DNA of 64,000 bases, from NCBI GenBank assembly GCA_963783375.1, contig CAWANH010000029.1, positions 512,001 through 576,000 on the forward strand, given 5' to 3'. This document shows positions 61,503-64,000 of the stretch, one piece after another. The notes under the pieces are model-generated. The model was not told the origin of the DNA and did not search any database. It saw only the letters and a list, made by a program, of their open reading frames with translations. How positions within the stretch are numbered: position 1 is the stretch's first letter; each line of letters starts with the position of its first letter. A program made the position numbers and the translations under genes. This stretch comes from Candidatus Eiseniibacteriota bacterium (GTDB lineage: Bacteria; Eisenbacteria; RBG-16-71-46; JABDJR01).

Positions 61503-62695
61503 CAGGTGGGCACCTCACCGGCCAGGGCCAGTTCCACCCGACGAAGCTTCAGGGGCCAGTGCGGGTCGGCGTCGACACCGGTCAGGTGGATCCGGATCTC
61601 CGGCGCGGGATCCCAGCGCCGCCAGGGAGAGGCGTCGGTCTCGAAGGTCGCGGCGAGGAGCGCCTTGGGAAGAACCAGGCTCCCGGTGAACCCCACCCCC
61701 TCGCCCCGGGCCTGCACCAGTTTCCAGCCCGCCCCCTCATCGTGCCAGAACAGCGCGGCCGATGCCCCCAGCTCGTCGAGCACCGGGGTGGACCAGGCGG
61801 CCAGGGCCTGGCCGTCGGCCTGGGGGTCGGGCAGTCCATGGGCGGCCAGGGCGTGGGCCCGGCGCCGCCACCCCATGAGATCGCGGAGCGCCATGTCCTC
61901 GGCCACGCGGGCCAGAGCGTCGAGGTTCACCCGCCCCCCGGCCTCACCCACCCCGGTCAGACGGAACCGCCCCCAGGAGGAGGGAATCTCTATGCCGGCT
62001 CCCGGCTCCCTCGAGTCGGCGCCGCCGGGAGCCGCACCCACGGCCACCCAGGGAACCCAGACCTCGGTCATGCCGTCCCACCAGAGGACGGCCGCGGCGT
62101 CCTCCCCGATCGCCTGCCGAACCAGGTAGCGGAAGGAATCCTCCGGGTGCTTCCAGATGTCGGGGGGCGGCGCCGCGTCGCCGGGTGGGGGGGCCGGAGA
62201 GCTTGGATCGGCGGTCACGTTGAACTCCTTGGATTGATAGGGCGTTGAACGATTGCTTTCAGGCAATTTCGAGGCTGCGGCGACCGGCTCGACGGGATCG
62301 CTTCCGGGCACGGCGGCCACGGTGGAGGTGGGCTCGGGACCGGGGGCGGAGACCGCCGCCCAGCTCGCCCGGGCCTGCTCCAGGGCCGAGGTCACCAGCG
62401 TGCGCTCCCGCCCCACGTCGTCGGGATGGATGATCCGTGCTCCCACCTGGCGCCAGGCCTCCGCCATCTCCGCCGCCGGTCCCCCGCCTCGGGCCGGCAC
62501 AACCACCACGTCGTCGGGACGGGGCCGGGGAGGCTCGGTAAGCGCCGGAAACTCCGCCAGAGAGGCCAGGCAGAGGATCAGCGCCTCGGGATCGGGGTGG
62601 ACGGCGAGAACCTCGGGACGAGGATCCATGAGGGAGACTTGCGACAGGACGTCCACGTCGTCCTCGCCGAGGCCCAAGAGTACGAGTCTGGACAT
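61499..62695 (-). CDS. Hypothetical protein
   Basis: 398-aa ORF coupled to GT9 and mutL; two domains joined by a Pro/Ser-rich linker. Confidence 0.6.
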   Translation of the reverse strand: MSRLVLLGLGEDDVDVLSQVSLMDPRPEVLAVHPDPEALILCLASLAEFPALTEPPRPRPDDVVVVPARGGGPAAEMAEAWRQVGARIIHPDDVGRERTLVTSALEQARASWAAVSAPGPEPTSTVAAVPGSDPVEPVAAASKLPESNRSTPYQSKEFNVTADPSSPAPPPGDAAPPPDIWKHPEDSFRYLVRQAIGEDAAAVLWWDGMTEVWVPWVAVGAAPGGADSREPGAGIEIPSSWGRFRLTGVGEAGGRVNLDALARVAEDMALRDLMGWRRRAHALAAHGLPDPQADGQALAAWSTPVLDELGASAALFWHDEGAGWKLVQARGEGVGFTGSLVLPKALLAATFETDASPWRRWDPAPEIRIHLTGVDADPHWPLKLRRVELALAGEVPTW

Positions 62696-62700
62696 GGTTG

Positions 62701-63753
62701 CTACTCCAAGTTGCGGGTCTCAAGGGAATTCGACCGGTCGGCGGGGCTACCATCGGAGATCGAGAGCGCCGCCTCGACCACCCGGTCCGCCCCGATCTCG
62801 AGCATGCAGCGGAAGTGCCTCCGCGGACAGCGCGGTCCCCCGTGCAGGGAGCAGGGGCGGCACGAGAGCCCCTCGATCGCCAGCACCCGGTGACCCGGGC
62901 CCACCGGCGCGAACCCAAAGGATCGCACGGTCGGACCGAAGATTGCCACCACCGGGGTGCCCACCGCCGCCGCGACGTGCATGAGCCCGGTATCCCCGGT
63001 GACCACCCCGGAGAGGCGGGCCAGGTACGCAGCCACCTGCGGGAGGTCCGGCTCCAGGATCGGCGTCCACTCGCCCCCGGCGGGCCACGCCTCCCGCCAG
63101 GCGTCTAGGAGCGCCTCCTCCCCCGGGCCGAAGAAGACCGGCACCGGCCCCCGCCCGGCCCCGGCCAGGCGGCGGCCCACCTCCACGAAACGCTCCAGCG
63201 GCCAGCGCTTGGTGGCGTGGCGGGCTCCGGGAACCATACCCAACCGACCGGGGCCGGGAATCCGTCCCGCGGCCCCGGCCCTGAGCGTTGGGGACGGGAA
63301 GAGGGCGGGGAGGGCGTTCGAGCCCGGGAGCACGGCTTCCGCGAACGCCCGGGCCACGCGGAATTCCGGTGGAGGGCCGAAGCGCCGGGTGAGGACCAGG
63401 AGACGGCGGCGAACGTCGTGGCGCTCGGGACGGTGGACCTGCGACACCCCGGCCAGCCCGAGAAGCAGTCGCGTGCGCGGCGAGGCCTGGAGATCGAAGG
63501 CCTCGGCGAAGCGTTCCCGACGAAGTCGCGCTGCCCAGGCCCGGATCCCGGACGGTCCCCGTTCCCCGGAAGGCCACGCCCAAACCCGCCGGACCGCGGG
63601 GTGCCCGTCCCAGAGCGAAGCCCACTCCGCCTTCACCAGGACGTCCACCGACCCGTCCCCCCACCGCTCCCGCGCCGCGGAAGCGGCCGCGGTGGAGAGC
63701 ACCACGTCCCCCAGGGAGCCGAGGCGGATGAGGAGGCGAGGCTCGGCGGTCAC
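62701..63753 (-). CDS. Glycosyltransferase family 9 (LPS heptosyltransferase-like)
   Basis: RLGSLGDVVL, PGARHATKRWP, GDTGLMHVAAA, IFGPT, CRPCS. Confidence 0.9.
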   Translation of the reverse strand: MTAEPRLLIRLGSLGDVVLSTAAASAARERWGDGSVDVLVKAEWASLWDGHPAVRRVWAWPSGERGPSGIRAWAARLRRERFAEAFDLQASPRTRLLLGLAGVSQVHRPERHDVRRRLLVLTRRFGPPPEFRVARAFAEAVLPGSNALPALFPSPTLRAGAAGRIPGPGRLGMVPGARHATKRWPLERFVEVGRRLAGAGRGPVPVFFGPGEEALLDAWREAWPAGGEWTPILEPDLPQVAAYLARLSGVVTGDTGLMHVAAAVGTPVVAIFGPTVRSFGFAPVGPGHRVLAIEGLSCRPCSLHGGPRCPRRHFRCMLEIGADRVVEAALSISDGSPADRSNSLETRNLE

Positions 63754-64000
63754 CCCCGTTTCGGCCGGGCCGCCGCCTTGTCCTGGGATGCCGACCCTCT
63801 CTTGCCGTCGGCGGGACGGCCCCGGGTCCCGGCCTTCTTCCGGGTCTGCTGCTTCTTCCGGCCCGTCCGCCGAAGGGCGGCCTCCAGGACTTCGCCGATG
63901 GTGTGGGCCAAGACGAACTGCATGTCCTTCCGCACCCCTTCGGGAACCTCGTCCAGCTCGGATTCGTTGTGGGCGGGAAGGATGACCCGCTTGATCCCCG
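63750..64000 (-). CDS. lon: Lon protease, C-terminal fragment
   Basis: GIKRVILPAHNESELDEVP...VLAHTIGEVLEAAL. Confidence 0.8.
   Translation of the reverse strand, partial: GIKRVILPAHNESELDEVPEGVRKDMQFVLAHTIGEVLEAALRRTGRKKQQTRKKAGTRGRPADGKRGSASQDKAAARPKRG

Overview
This is a high-GC bacterial chromosome segment. It is probably from an FCB-superphylum-like diderm, inferred from a YPNP-type C-terminal domain on a secreted peptidase and from GT9 heptosyltransferases. A long minus-strand housekeeping backbone runs lon-GT9-mutL-miaA, DUF512-der-plsY-gpsA-merR, surE-pcm-acyP-sigma-apt-ycaQ, thrS-infC-rpmI-rplT-pheS/pheT-zapB-zapA-6S RNA-ymdB-folD-xseAB-ispA-nadK-recN-trpGDC, and carries six tRNAs. 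Two surface-glycan inserts hold the only plus-strand genes; one of them splits pheS from pheT. The most notable features are: (1) a translationally coupled three-gene module resembling plant VTE5/FOLK prenol kinase + farnesol dehydrogenase + VTE6 (DUF92), a candidate bacterial isoprenoid-alcohol salvage pathway; (2) two copies of a GT4 + GT-C/DUF2298-like polytopic protein module; (3) a near-consensus sigma70 promoter inside pheT; (4) an L20-leader attenuator and an AUA start for infC; (5) a zinc-ribbon protein with an extremely acidic tail. Many single-base frameshifts, densest at 35.6-39.9 kb, are probably long-read consensus errors. I saw no CRISPR array, transposase or integrase. All family assignments come from motif recognition, not database searches.
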